DNA of 64,000 nucleotides from Bacteroidales bacterium (GCA_029210585.1 JARGFP010000004.1:14244-78243); one strand, 5' to 3'; positions 1 through 9,195 are shown, counted from the stretch's first letter. The notes: generated from the sequence alone by a model not told the origin. Numbers and translations: made by a program.

Positions 1-1367
1 AGGATGGTGGAGGTGAACCTGTCGCGGTAACCGCGGACCATGTCTGCATACGGGTTCGGGAAGCCGCCGTTTCCCTTGTTGCCAAAGAGGGTATGGTTCA
101 GGAACTGCGTGGATTCGTCCTTTTCAAAATACATGGGAAAATTGACCGGGTTTGCCTGCATCACGGAAGCATAGATGGAATTGGCATCGTCGACCGGACC
201 GTTGTAGCGGTCAAACAGCGAATAGAATTTCACGGCAACTTCGGTGGTCTTTGTGATGTTCATGTTCACATTGGCCCGCAGGTTGTAGCGGTTGATATCG
301 ATGTTGTTGTTGAAATTGTTGAGATCATCCACTTTCAGCAGTCCCTTTTCATTGTTATAGGATACCTCCAGGTAATACTGGGCGATCTCACCCCCGCCGG
401 AGATATTCATATTGGCCTTCCGGTTCATCACCGACTGGCGGAACAGCTCGTTGTACCAGTCGACATTCGGATAGACCGTCGGGTCGGCTCCTGTCCTGGT
501 TCCTTCAATCTTGTCCTTGGAATAATGCAGCAAGGCACCTGCATCACGGGTCCTCAGCGCCCTGTTATAAAGCTCCATGTAATCTACTCCATCGAGAAAT
601 TCATTGGTCATGGTGGGTGAGGAAACGGAGTTTTCCACCCGCACGGATACCTGGGCCTTGCCCACCCTTCCCTCTTTGGTGGTGACCAGGATGACACCGT
701 TGGCACCGCGGGCACCATACAGGGCGGTGGCCGTTGCATCTTTCATAATCGAGAAACTGGCAATGTTGTCAGGCTCGATCCGCGCCAGGTCATTGGCGGT
801 GACCTCCAGGCCGTCAATCAGGATCAGCGGATCGTTCTTGTAGCCAAAAGAGGTGACCCCGCGGACAAAGAACTCTGCATTGTCCTGTCCCGGTTCACCG
901 GAACGCTGGTAAGAAATAACCCCTGCCATTCGCCCAGCAAGGGCCGTGGTAAGATTGGTGGGTGGAAGCTTCAGTTCCGAGGGGTTGATGGTATTGATCG
1001 ACGCGATCACGCTTTCCTTTTTCTGCTTCTGGAATGCCACCACCTGCACCTCCTCGAGTTGCTCCTGGGCGGGTTGCAGGATCACGTTGATGGTCTGGCT
1101 GGACCCCACCACCCTGCGCTCGGTCTGGAACCCGATGAAGGAATAAACCAGGGTGTCGGCCGGCGAAAGGTTGGTGATCGCATATTTTCCGTCGATGGTC
1201 GTGATCGATCCCTTAGTTGCTCCTGGCGTCCTGATTGTCACTCCCGGCAAGGGAACCCCCTCCTGGTCGATCACCACCCCCGTGACAGTCAGCGACTGGG
1301 CCATCAGCAGCTGCATCGAGAATATCGCCCAGGTCATCATCAATAAATTCAGTGTATACTTCCTCAT
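1..1367 (-). CDS. SusC/RagA-family TonB-dependent outer-membrane transporter, 5' part only (gene continues beyond window start)
   Basis: My own minus-strand translation from the ATG at 1367-1365 reads MRKYTLNLLMMTWAIFSMQLLMAQSLTVTGVVIDQEGVPLPGVTIRTPGATKGSITTIDGKYAI (signal peptide plus CarboxypepD_reg-like domain). It continues with a plug-like region, NAEFFVRGVTSFGYKNDPLILIDGLEVTANDLARIEPDNIASFSIMKDATATALYGARGANGVILVTTKEG. The frame stays open to position 1. It is absent from the ORF track because it runs off the window. Confidence 0.9.
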   Translation of the reverse strand, partial: MRKYTLNLLMMTWAIFSMQLLMAQSLTVTGVVIDQEGVPLPGVTIRTPGATKGSITTIDGKYAITNLSPADTLVYSFIGFQTERRVVGSSQTINVILQPAQEQLEEVQVVAFQKQKKESVIASINTINPSELKLPPTNLTTALAGRMAGVISYQRSGEPGQDNAEFFVRGVTSFGYKNDPLILIDGLEVTANDLARIEPDNIASFSIMKDATATALYGARGANGVILVTTKEGRVGKAQVSVRVENSVSSPTMTNEFLDGVDYMELYNRALRTRDAGALLHYSKDKIEGTRTGADPTVYPNVDWYNELFRQSVMNRKANMNISGGGEIAQYYLEVSYNNEKGLLKVDDLNNFNNNIDINRYNLRANVNMNITKTTEVAVKFYSLFDRYNGPVDDANSIYASVMQANPVNFPMYFEKDESTQFLNHTLFGNKGNGGFPNPYADMVRGYRDRFTSTI

Positions 1368-1393
1368 AGTTTTCGTTTATCAGTAGTTTGAAG

Positions 1394-1503
1394 TTTTTCA
1401 GTTCTTATCGTTTTTCAGTCGTTACAGTTGATCGGTTACTATTGCTTTTCAGTTGTAATCTCTCTCAGTTGTAATCGTTTTTCGGTCGTTACAGTTGTCG
1501 GTT
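1394..1503. repeat. Cluster of short direct repeats in the spacer between the GH5 gene and the SusC start
   Basis: Two near-identical ~30-bp copies: atcgtttttcagtcgttacagttgatcggtt (1407-1437) and atcgtttttcggtcgttacagttgtcggtt (1474-1503). tcagttgtaatc occurs twice (1449-1460, 1465-1476). CAGTTG occurs 4 times within 73 bp (1425, 1450, 1466, 1492). Confidence 0.8.
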
Positions 1504-1576
1504 GCTATCGATATTCTGTTGGTGTCTTTTTAGTAGATCTGCTGCAATCATTTTTAGAGTACCATTTGCTATACCT

Positions 1577-4279
1577 TTAATTGATCAGAAGTCGATGACT
1601 CGTCTGTCTGCTCCGGTCATGGACCACCAGGAAATACACGCCGGCAGGATAACTGCTGGTATCGATCCGGCAGCTCCCCATGCGTGTCACCGTACTCCAC
1701 AGTTCCCGGCCGCCATGGTCGAAAAGCCGCACCGTTCCCTGTACATTCTTAGCATTTTGCAGATCGATCTGCACGAATGCATCCGCCGGGTTGGGGTATA
1801 TTCCTGGAGCGGGCCGGACAGTCAGCTGTTCTGTATTGCTGACCAGGCTGAATTCCATCCAGTTCAGGTTGAACTCCCCGGAAAGGGATTTGATCCTGAA
1901 ACGGTATTTCCCCCTGGGAAGCCGGATGGAAGTGGGCTGGGTCTGCCAGTCCTGCCATCCCCCGGTCTGCATGAGGGTGACCGTTTTCCCTTCTTCGAAA
2001 CTGCCCCCGTGGTCATGTGCGATGTTCACCGTGGCATTGCCGTTTTGCAGGGCCACCCGGTTATCCAGCTGGTACAGTCCCGACCGGGGCACATGGATGA
2101 CATATTCCAGGTAATCACCCTGACTGGCGTATCCTGTATTCTGTCCGCCTCCTTCGTCAAGGCATGTTTCAAGCTCCATACCCGCGTTGGCATAGAAATC
2201 TTCTGCCTCTATTTTACCGGGAACCTCAGCATATGATGCCGCATTGTTGACTACTTTCATTTTATTGAATACAGTCAGGGGGACTGCGTCGTGCCTGATT
2301 CCATCGCCGGACCAGGAAACAGTGACCTGGTCTCCCGGTGCGATCAGTGCTGCTGTTTCGAGCGTAATGACCCTTCCACCGGGATTGAACGAAACCCCAG
2401 TAAGTGAAACCGCCGAATTATCAATATATAGTGCGAAATCATCCACCGATGCTTCTGTGGTTGTTGCTTCCCTGTTCAGGTGCAGGCTTACCGTGTTGTA
2501 GATCTCAGAGGTTGCTGAATAAATTGCCTCAAAGGGTGCCGCTGAGGGGTTCCTGAAATTAGTGAACCGCAGGTAGCTGAAGTTCACTCCTCCCTGTGGA
2601 AACCTGACCTTCAGGCGGATATCACCGGCGGGAAGGAGGAGGTCCTCCACATTTGTTGTTCGCCAGCTGTCCCACCCCCCGGTCGGAGGAAGGTAGATCT
2701 CATCGCTGATGACATGCCCGTTGGCCTCGAGCTGCATAACCCCCCCCGAAGCACCGGAGGATGCCCTGACCTGCAAATCTGTCAGCCGTTCACTGTTGTT
2801 CCGGATAAGATACACCAGCCATTCGCCGTCCTCGATCCAGCCCACATTGTACCCATTGTTGGTGTCCGAATCACTGCAGCGCTGGATATCCACCCCATCG
2901 TTCCTGTATTGTCCGCCAATATTCCATTGTGTATATTCATCCGTGCTGCCGTGGTAATTGGCTGTGTCATTGTCAAAGTAAACATACCAGTTCCTTCCCA
3001 GCGCATAGTCGGTGGCAAAGATGTGGTCGGTGACTGAAAATTCCCTGTAGGCCCGGAGTTCGGTGGTATGCGGCTGGCGGATCATGGCATCGATCACATC
3101 CCACTGGATCACGCAGTTTTCGAACCGGTGGTTTTCTGCAAACTGCATCACCGCAGCAAACGCTTCATCTGCTGAAGGTTTCGTGGCATTTCCGCGCCAT
3201 GAATCAATGAGCCTGGTGTAGCCCGGGTTGACTTTTACGCGTAATATATTATTGAGTCCGGGCTTTTTCACCGGCCACCATGACCAGCCGATCTGTTCCT
3301 GTTCAAGTAATGAGATCAGGTTGGTAAACCAGGTATTGCTGTTTTCTCCACTTTCACCCATCCAGAGCGGCACATTATACTGGTCACGGATCCACGTGGC
3401 ATAACCGAGCGACCCCGGCCCGTTGAAGGTCCAGTATTTATGGAAACTGTACACCAGGTTGTCGTCCCACGGGGGCAGGAGCCCTGAGAAATCATTGGCA
3501 AACCAGTTGCCCTCAATATAAATGATATGGTTCTGGTCCACCTGCCTGATGGTGTCGGTAATGCGTTCATAGAGCGCCTTCATCTGGCTGTTGTTTCCTT
3601 CCGGGAAGGTCCAGTTGGTCTCGTTGATGAGGTCATACCCGCCGACCCATGGTTCATCGTGGTAGCGTTCTGCAATCTTGCGCCACAGGGCGACCAGCTT
3701 GGTCTTGTTGGCCTCACTCTCCCATAGCGACGGTTTGGCAGGGTCGTAATCGGAAATATCTGCATTGGCACCCTGTCCGCCCGGCGCACCATGCATGTCG
3801 AATATGACGTACATCTCATTCTCGCTGCACCATTTCACCAGCGAATCGGTGAGGTTGAACCCGGTCTCAAGCCAGGTCTGCTCACCTGCCACAGGCTCCT
3901 CTTCGATGGGAAGGGTGAACCACTTGTAATGGAGTGCGGGACGTACTGCGTTGAATCCCCATGCAGCCATAGAATCCACATCCTGTTTTGTAAAATGATT
4001 TTCGAGCCAGGCATCATAGAATTCGGCCGTGCGTGCTTCGCCAATGGACTGTTCCAGCTTTTTCCTGAATTCGTGCTGGGTGCCGGCCACGCCCGCGGTC
4101 TGCATCATGTACCCTTCCTGGATCATCCAGTTGCCGGTACCGATGCCCCGGATGATAAACGGTTCCCCGTTGCCATCCACGATCAGTTTTCCTTCGGCGT
4201 GCAGGTATCCCTGTGCCGAAACTATGCTGAACGAAGCGGCAGTCAGCAGAATCCAAATTGTCAGTATCTTTCTCAGCAT
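1577..4279 (-). CDS. Secreted GH5-type (clan GH-A) glycoside hydrolase with two CBM6-like modules and a T9SS C-terminal sorting domain
   Basis: 900-aa ORF with signal peptide MLRKILTIWILLTAASFSIVSAQG. GH5-like acid/base motif YDLINETNW and nucleophile motif PLWMGESGE. Two CBM6-like modules: GEWLVYLI...TGGWDSWR and IEAEDFYANAG...GDYLEYVI...TGGWQDWQ. Por-type tail starting GIYPNPADAFVQIDL. Confidence 0.88.
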   Translation of the reverse strand: MLRKILTIWILLTAASFSIVSAQGYLHAEGKLIVDGNGEPFIIRGIGTGNWMIQEGYMMQTAGVAGTQHEFRKKLEQSIGEARTAEFYDAWLENHFTKQDVDSMAAWGFNAVRPALHYKWFTLPIEEEPVAGEQTWLETGFNLTDSLVKWCSENEMYVIFDMHGAPGGQGANADISDYDPAKPSLWESEANKTKLVALWRKIAERYHDEPWVGGYDLINETNWTFPEGNNSQMKALYERITDTIRQVDQNHIIYIEGNWFANDFSGLLPPWDDNLVYSFHKYWTFNGPGSLGYATWIRDQYNVPLWMGESGENSNTWFTNLISLLEQEQIGWSWWPVKKPGLNNILRVKVNPGYTRLIDSWRGNATKPSADEAFAAVMQFAENHRFENCVIQWDVIDAMIRQPHTTELRAYREFSVTDHIFATDYALGRNWYVYFDNDTANYHGSTDEYTQWNIGGQYRNDGVDIQRCSDSDTNNGYNVGWIEDGEWLVYLIRNNSERLTDLQVRASSGASGGVMQLEANGHVISDEIYLPPTGGWDSWRTTNVEDLLLPAGDIRLKVRFPQGGVNFSYLRFTNFRNPSAAPFEAIYSATSEIYNTVSLHLNREATTTEASVDDFALYIDNSAVSLTGVSFNPGGRVITLETAALIAPGDQVTVSWSGDGIRHDAVPLTVFNKMKVVNNAASYAEVPGKIEAEDFYANAGMELETCLDEGGGQNTGYASQGDYLEYVIHVPRSGLYQLDNRVALQNGNATVNIAHDHGGSFEEGKTVTLMQTGGWQDWQTQPTSIRLPRGKYRFRIKSLSGEFNLNWMEFSLVSNTEQLTVRPAPGIYPNPADAFVQIDLQNAKNVQGTVRLFDHGGRELWSTVTRMGSCRIDTSSYPAGVYFLVVHDRSRQTSHRLLIN
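1580..1804 (-). other. T9SS (Por) C-terminal sorting domain of the GH5 protein
   Basis: The last 75 aa are GIYPNPADAFVQIDLQNAKNVQGTVRLFDHGGRELWSTVTRMGSCRIDTSSYPAGVYFLVVHDRSRQTSHRLLIN. This has the typical YPNP start and GxYFl pattern of type-A CTDs. Confidence 0.8.
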
Positions 4280-4330
4280 ATCCTTCCGGCTTGAAAAGTA
4301 GGGTTCATATCAGTGCACGCATACATCATT

Positions 4331-5812
4331 TCAATCCTGGTTCAAAACGGTAGTTGAAATGGAGTGGGCCGGCAGGGAGAGCGGGACCCCTGTATGGTCG
4401 TGCCAAATCCTGAATTCCATGTCGCGGTCGGTCATATTCATTGTCACCACGGCAATGGAGCTGTCGGGATTGATGAATGCCGTTGACAGGATGTCATCGT
4501 TATTGGAAGAACAGATGATCCTTCGTGCGCCCTGACGGATGAACTTTGAGAAGTGTCCCATATAATAATAGGAATTCATATAGTGCACCTCCCCGGTCTG
4601 TGTGTTCCCGATCACCGGCGCGTAACAGAAATTGGCCACGTGGTTCGGACCGCCTGTTTCATCCAGCAGGATGTTCCAGTCGATCCACCCCACGGCCGTA
4701 TTGTTCAGGTCATGGATCAGCGACTCACCGTACCGCTCACCCCACTGCCATTCATCCAGTTTTTCATAATCGAACGGGAAGACACATCCTTCCGTGAACA
4801 GCAGTTTCTTGTCGGGATATGCATCATTCACATGCCTGAGGTTCTCGAAATGATCCCCGCTGTACCAGTGGAAACCGGTTCCCCAGACATATTTCGATGC
4901 ATCCGGATCGTCATATACCGTGCTTGCACGCTGGTACATCACACCACGGTTATGGTCGTAAACGATCAGCTTGTGATCTGCATACGGGCTGGCCTCAAGT
5001 GCCGGTCCCAGGTGGTTTTTTACAAAATCACGCTCCTCTTCGGCCGTGTACAGACACGATTCCCAGGTCTGTGTGGCCATGGGCTCATTCTGAACAGTGA
5101 GTCCCCAGAAGTCAATGCCCTGCTTCTCATATTCCCGGAAAAATTTCACGTAGTAATTCGCCCAGGATACGTAATATTCAGGCTTCAGCTTTCCGCCCTG
5201 CAGCATGTTGTTGTTGGTCTTCATCCATGCCGGCGGACTCCATGGGGAAGCGAGGAGCTTCAGTCCGGAAGGAGCAACAGCCATTGCCTCTTTGATCAGG
5301 GGTATCCTGAATTTCATGTCGGGTTCTATGGAAAAATGGGCCAGTTCCCTGTCACCCGCCACCTCTGAATAGGCATAACTGGCACTGGAGAAATCACAGC
5401 TGTTGATGTGTGTCCTGCAAAGGGTATATCCAATGCCGCTGACAGGATCAAAGTAGGCCCGCAGGATCTCTTCCTGCTTCGCTTCAGGCAGTTTATAGAA
5501 TGTTTCGGCACTTGCATCCGTGATCGCCCCTCCGAATCCTTCTATTTCCTGGAACTGTTTGTTGGGATCAATGATGATGGTTGGATAGTGCTCATCGGGC
5601 TGGTCATATTCCTCCAGGCGCACATTGCCGATCTCCGTCAGGCGATGGTCCGTATTCCTTGCAGTAAGGAATTGCCGTGCACTGGCGACCTGGTAGTTGA
5701 GATCCAGGTCAGTTGTTTCCGTTGTCTTTTTGCTTTCCGTTGTCTTGCATTGCGTCGCCAGTACCAGCATGGTCACGACGAGCAATGACATTCCTACCAT
5801 TTTCCTGCCCAT
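4331..5812 (-). CDS. GH30-family glycoside hydrolase (glucosylceramidase / beta-1,6-glucanase type), probable lipoprotein
   Basis: GH30 hallmarks are EIEGFGGAITDASAETF, SPWSPPAWMKTN, GLTVQNEP (acid/base) and LLFTEGC (nucleophile). I chose the start at Met19 of the tracked ORF because it gives the lipoprotein-like signal MGRKMVGMSLLVVTMLVLATQC. The tracked start at 5866 is an alternative. Confidence 0.88.
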   Translation of the reverse strand: MGRKMVGMSLLVVTMLVLATQCKTTESKKTTETTDLDLNYQVASARQFLTARNTDHRLTEIGNVRLEEYDQPDEHYPTIIIDPNKQFQEIEGFGGAITDASAETFYKLPEAKQEEILRAYFDPVSGIGYTLCRTHINSCDFSSASYAYSEVAGDRELAHFSIEPDMKFRIPLIKEAMAVAPSGLKLLASPWSPPAWMKTNNNMLQGGKLKPEYYVSWANYYVKFFREYEKQGIDFWGLTVQNEPMATQTWESCLYTAEEERDFVKNHLGPALEASPYADHKLIVYDHNRGVMYQRASTVYDDPDASKYVWGTGFHWYSGDHFENLRHVNDAYPDKKLLFTEGCVFPFDYEKLDEWQWGERYGESLIHDLNNTAVGWIDWNILLDETGGPNHVANFCYAPVIGNTQTGEVHYMNSYYYMGHFSKFIRQGARRIICSSNNDDILSTAFINPDSSIAVVTMNMTDRDMEFRIWHDHTGVPLSLPAHSISTTVLNQD

Positions 5813-5875
5813 AGTTGTAGTCGTAAGTTGATGGACAAATATATCGCCGGCAGTTACCCTCATCAAGAAAAAGCG

Positions 5876-5927
5876 GCTCTCAAAAATCCGTTCCAGTGGA
5901 AAACCGACCTCTCAAAACCTCTCAAAA
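5876..5927. repeat. Three copies of CTCTCAAAA (minus-strand TTTTGAGAG) upstream of the GH30 gene
   Basis: gctctcaaaaa at 5876-5886, and an exact 10-bp tandem pair cctctcaaaa/cctctcaaaa at 5908-5917 and 5918-5927. Confidence 0.75.
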
Positions 5928-6050
5928 GGGAGCGGGAGCGGAACCGATACGGACTTAAAATACTTATTAACTGAGTGTTAAGGATTATTCCAGGAAGTGG
6001 TTGAAAGGGAAAATTATTTTATTTCAGCTCCTTTTTATGGCCCTTTTTAT

Positions 6051-6278
6051 GGTTGCCGGAAGGGTGGTTACAGTGAAGAAAGGTATTCCCTCAGTGAACT
6101 GATGGCTTCCAGGCCCGGCATTTTTCGGTTGCCGGAAGGGTGATTACAGAGAAGAAAGGTATTCCCGCAATGAACTGATGGCTTCCAGGCCCGGCATTTT
6201 TCGGTTGCCGGAAGGGTGATTACAGAGATGAAAGGTATTCCCGCAATGAACTGCTGGCTTCCAGTCCGAGTTTTTTGC
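6051..6278. repeat. 76-bp tandem repeat, three units, spanning the stop codon of regulator 1
   Basis: Units are at 6051-6126, 6127-6202 and 6203-6278. Unit 3 holds the true 3' end of the 6220-9195 gene (LGLEASSSLREYLSSL*). Units 1 and 2 differ from each other at only 4 of 76 positions. Identity to unit 3 decays over the last ~14 nt. Confidence 0.93.
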
Positions 6279-9195
6279 GCAGCCGGTGGCGGTCGTTCTC
6301 GATTGCCCTGACGGTCTTATGCATGTATTCAGATATCTCCTTGTTGGAAAGGCTCATGCGCACATAGGCAGCGATCTTAACCTCGGAAAGGGTCAGATCG
6401 GAATGTTTCTCCCGCAGTTTGCTGATAAAATTATTGTAGGTTATATCCAGCTGTGGTTCAATGTGTTTCCAATCCTTATCAGAGGAAATTTCGGAATCAA
6501 TCTCATCAATGATTCCCTCCAGTCCGCTCTTCACTGATTCCCTGGCTTTCAGCGACAGTCCCGTTAACCTGTTCTTCAGATCCAGCAGGTTGCGGTTGCG
6601 GTTGAGCCTGAAGAATGTCAGCTTTTTCAGTTCGCTTTCGAGGTTTTCCTTTTCAAGCTGCATGATGCGTTTTTCCTGCTGCGCCTGTTGTTGCAGAAAT
6701 GAATTCTTATATGCCTGCAGACGGGTGGTATAGATGTAGAATATGACCAGTGCCACTGCAAGGGCCGACAGTGAGACAAACCACCAGGTGGCCCAGAAGG
6801 GCGGAAGCACGGTGATCATCAGCTCCCTGGTATTGAAACCCCATTTGCCATCATTGTTGGAGGCTCTTACCCTGAATGTGTAATCGCCTGGTTTCAGGTT
6901 GGAATAGGTCGCGATCCGCCTGTCAGAAGAAGTTTCGACCCAGTCCTCCTCAAACCCCTCCAGTATGTACATGAATTTACACTTCTCCGGGTGAACGAAA
7001 TTAAGCGCAGCAAATTCGATACTGAATAGTTTATCGTTATGTTTAAGTTCGATTCGGTCAGTATAGGTGATCAGGTGGTCAAGGACCACCCTGCCGTTCA
7101 CCATTTCCCCGACCATTACCCGGTCATTCATGATCTCAAATTCAGTAAGCACAACCCGTGGTATGTTCTGGTTGAATACCATTTCAGCAGGTTCGATCAC
7201 GTCAAGACCGTTGATGGAGCCGGCCAGAATCCTGCCGTCGCTGTGTTCCAGGATCGCATCCGAATTGAATTCATTTGCTGCAAGTCCGTCAGATTCAAAG
7301 TAATTCAGAATGACACCCGTTGCGGGATTATACATGGCCAGGCCGTTGCCAGTGGTGATCCAGATGATTCCACGGTCATCTTCCTGGATGCCCTGGATGA
7401 TATTGTCCGGCAATCCGTCTTCAACAGACAGCTGCCTGATGTCACCACTTCTCTTGTCGAAGATGAACACACCCTGTCCTTCTGTGCCAATCCATACCTG
7501 TCCTTTCCGGTCCTGGAAGAGCGACCTGACCATGCTGGATTGCAGGATACTGTCATTTCCGCCCAGCATTGGTTCCGTCATAGCTCCAGTCTGCCTGTCA
7601 AGAATGTTCACCCCGTTTCCTTCGGTTCCGAACCAGATATCTCCATCTGCATCTTCCAGGATCACCATGATATTCGGATGGTTGACCCGGTTTCTTTCGG
7701 AAGAACCCATCCCCAGGTTCAGAAATGTGCCTTCCACCGGATCGTACAAGTCGAGACCATTCCCGAGCAATCCCAGCCAGATATTGCCCCTGCTATCCCG
7801 ATAAATGTCCCATATACTCGACGAGTGCACAGATCCGGGACCTGCTCCCTGTTCAATAATTTGAAAGTTCCCGGAGACCGGATCAAAAATATTGAATCCT
7901 GCAGCATAGGTGCCTACTAGTATATTTCCCCGGCCGTCCTCCTCGATACTGGTGATCACATCCGAGGAAACGGATTGGTCATCCAGTGGATCATGGCGGT
8001 AGACCAGCGGTGATCCTGACTGGGGGAAACTATACAATCCGTCACCATCGGTACCGGCCCATATTGCATCCCGGGAATCCTGGAACAGCGACAGCACTGA
8101 TTTTCCCAGCAACAGGTCAAGGTCGGAAGGACGGTACAGGGTCCGCTCAAAATTATTGGAAAGCGGATCAATATGCACGACGCCTTTATCGAAAAAACCG
8201 ATCCATATATGGTTCTGCATGTCCTGGTAGATGGCATACACCTGGTCGCCAGGCAGCGAGCCCATCGGGCCGGGAGAGGTAGACAGGTATGAAAATTCCC
8301 CTGATACAGGATCGAGGATATTAATTCCATTCCCATCCGTTGATATCCAGATCATCCCCTCCTGGTCGACGAGCATATCCCCGTTGAGGATGTTGGTATT
8401 CAGTCCGGAGTTTTCCTTTGTGAATAATGCAGAGATACCGGATTGGGGGTCATACCTGCACAAACCATGCTGATTTGCGCTGATCCAGATCATGCCCTGC
8501 CGGTCTTCGACGATTCGTTTCCTGTATTCGATCATGAGCTCCGGTGAGCGCTCATAATATATATCTGTAAACCGTCCCGTTTCCGGATCAAAGCTTTGAA
8601 TGGCCTGGTTCCAGGTGGCCACATAGTATACACCGTTGCTGGCCTGGATGATATCCGAAACCTGGTTGGAGTTCAGCGAGGAGGGGTTTTGGGGGTCTTC
8701 CTGGTAGACCAAGAAATCATTACTTCCAGGTCTGTATTTTGCAAGACCATTGTCGGTACACAACCAGACGGATCCGTCACTGGTGACCGCTATCCTGTTG
8801 ACCCTCATGCCAGGGTCAGGCAGGTGGCTGAACTGCTCAAAGGTGCCCGTTTTGCGGTTGAGCCTGTTGATCCCGCTCTGGAAAGTCCCTACCCAGAGGT
8901 ACCCGTCCCTGTCTTCATTGATACTCAGGATCCTGTTCCCCGAGATCGATCCGGGAGCTATGGAATGCCTGAAATTCACGATTTCGAACCCATCGTAACG
9001 GCTCAGTCCGTTGCGCGTTCCGAACCAGATGAATCCGTCTGAATCCTGGAAGATACATTCTACCTGGTTATGCCCCAGCCCATCTTCCCTGCTGATCCCC
9101 TCGTGGTCAGGCAGGGCACTGTTTATCTGCGCCGGCAACGGGCTGACAACCAGTAGCAGGGACAAAATAACAAATGTAAATTGGTTCGGCTTCAT
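6220..9195 (-). CDS. Membrane-tethered periplasmic beta-propeller/Y_Y_Y sensor fused to a cytoplasmic LuxR/GerE-type HTH (regulator 1; no kinase or receiver)
   Basis: 991-aa ORF with signal/anchor MKPNQFTFVILSLLLVVSPLPAQ. Many Reg_prop-like repeats (DGFIWFGTRNGLSRYD, DGYLWVGTFQSGINRLN, GMIWISTDGNGINILD). Y_Y_Y-like module FMYILEGFEEDWVE...YTFRVRASNNDGKW. Single TM WWFVSLSALAVALVIFYIY (~6730-6795), then a coiled-coil. C-terminal HTH LTLSEVKIAAYVRMSLSNKEISEYMHKTVRAIENDRHRLRKKLGL. Confidence 0.88.
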   Translation of the reverse strand: MKPNQFTFVILSLLLVVSPLPAQINSALPDHEGISREDGLGHNQVECIFQDSDGFIWFGTRNGLSRYDGFEIVNFRHSIAPGSISGNRILSINEDRDGYLWVGTFQSGINRLNRKTGTFEQFSHLPDPGMRVNRIAVTSDGSVWLCTDNGLAKYRPGSNDFLVYQEDPQNPSSLNSNQVSDIIQASNGVYYVATWNQAIQSFDPETGRFTDIYYERSPELMIEYRKRIVEDRQGMIWISANQHGLCRYDPQSGISALFTKENSGLNTNILNGDMLVDQEGMIWISTDGNGINILDPVSGEFSYLSTSPGPMGSLPGDQVYAIYQDMQNHIWIGFFDKGVVHIDPLSNNFERTLYRPSDLDLLLGKSVLSLFQDSRDAIWAGTDGDGLYSFPQSGSPLVYRHDPLDDQSVSSDVITSIEEDGRGNILVGTYAAGFNIFDPVSGNFQIIEQGAGPGSVHSSSIWDIYRDSRGNIWLGLLGNGLDLYDPVEGTFLNLGMGSSERNRVNHPNIMVILEDADGDIWFGTEGNGVNILDRQTGAMTEPMLGGNDSILQSSMVRSLFQDRKGQVWIGTEGQGVFIFDKRSGDIRQLSVEDGLPDNIIQGIQEDDRGIIWITTGNGLAMYNPATGVILNYFESDGLAANEFNSDAILEHSDGRILAGSINGLDVIEPAEMVFNQNIPRVVLTEFEIMNDRVMVGEMVNGRVVLDHLITYTDRIELKHNDKLFSIEFAALNFVHPEKCKFMYILEGFEEDWVETSSDRRIATYSNLKPGDYTFRVRASNNDGKWGFNTRELMITVLPPFWATWWFVSLSALAVALVIFYIYTTRLQAYKNSFLQQQAQQEKRIMQLEKENLESELKKLTFFRLNRNRNLLDLKNRLTGLSLKARESVKSGLEGIIDEIDSEISSDKDWKHIEPQLDITYNNFISKLREKHSDLTLSEVKIAAYVRMSLSNKEISEYMHKTVRAIENDRHRLRKKLGLEASSSLREYLSSL

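Noticed and set aside
93-1386. Plus-strand ORFs 93-620, 604-843, 946-1146, 1059-1346 and 1153-1386 from the ORF track.
   Set aside because: They lie antisense to a clean, motif-rich SusC reading frame on the minus strand. Their translations are low-complexity with no family motifs.
6051-6278. Possibility that the 76-bp repeats are a CRISPR array or a mobile-element terminus.
   Set aside because: The units are directly abutting with no spacers. They duplicate the coding 3' end of the adjacent gene, and no cas, transposase or integrase genes are present.
7039-7920. 293-aa plus-strand ORF inside regulator 1. The same type of long antisense ORF occurs at 1502-2236, 4553-5368, 15907-16542 and 22300-22908.
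   Set aside because: It is antisense to well-supported genes, and the translation is His/Pro/Arg-rich with no motifs. Long shadow ORFs like these are expected opposite genes with strong codon bias.
6220-9195. Calling the three large sensor proteins classical hybrid two-component systems (HTCS).
   Set aside because: The cytoplasmic portion is only ~190 aa. It has no HisKA H-box, ATPase N/G boxes, receiver Asp pocket or AraC-type HTH. Only a LuxR/GerE-type HTH is present.
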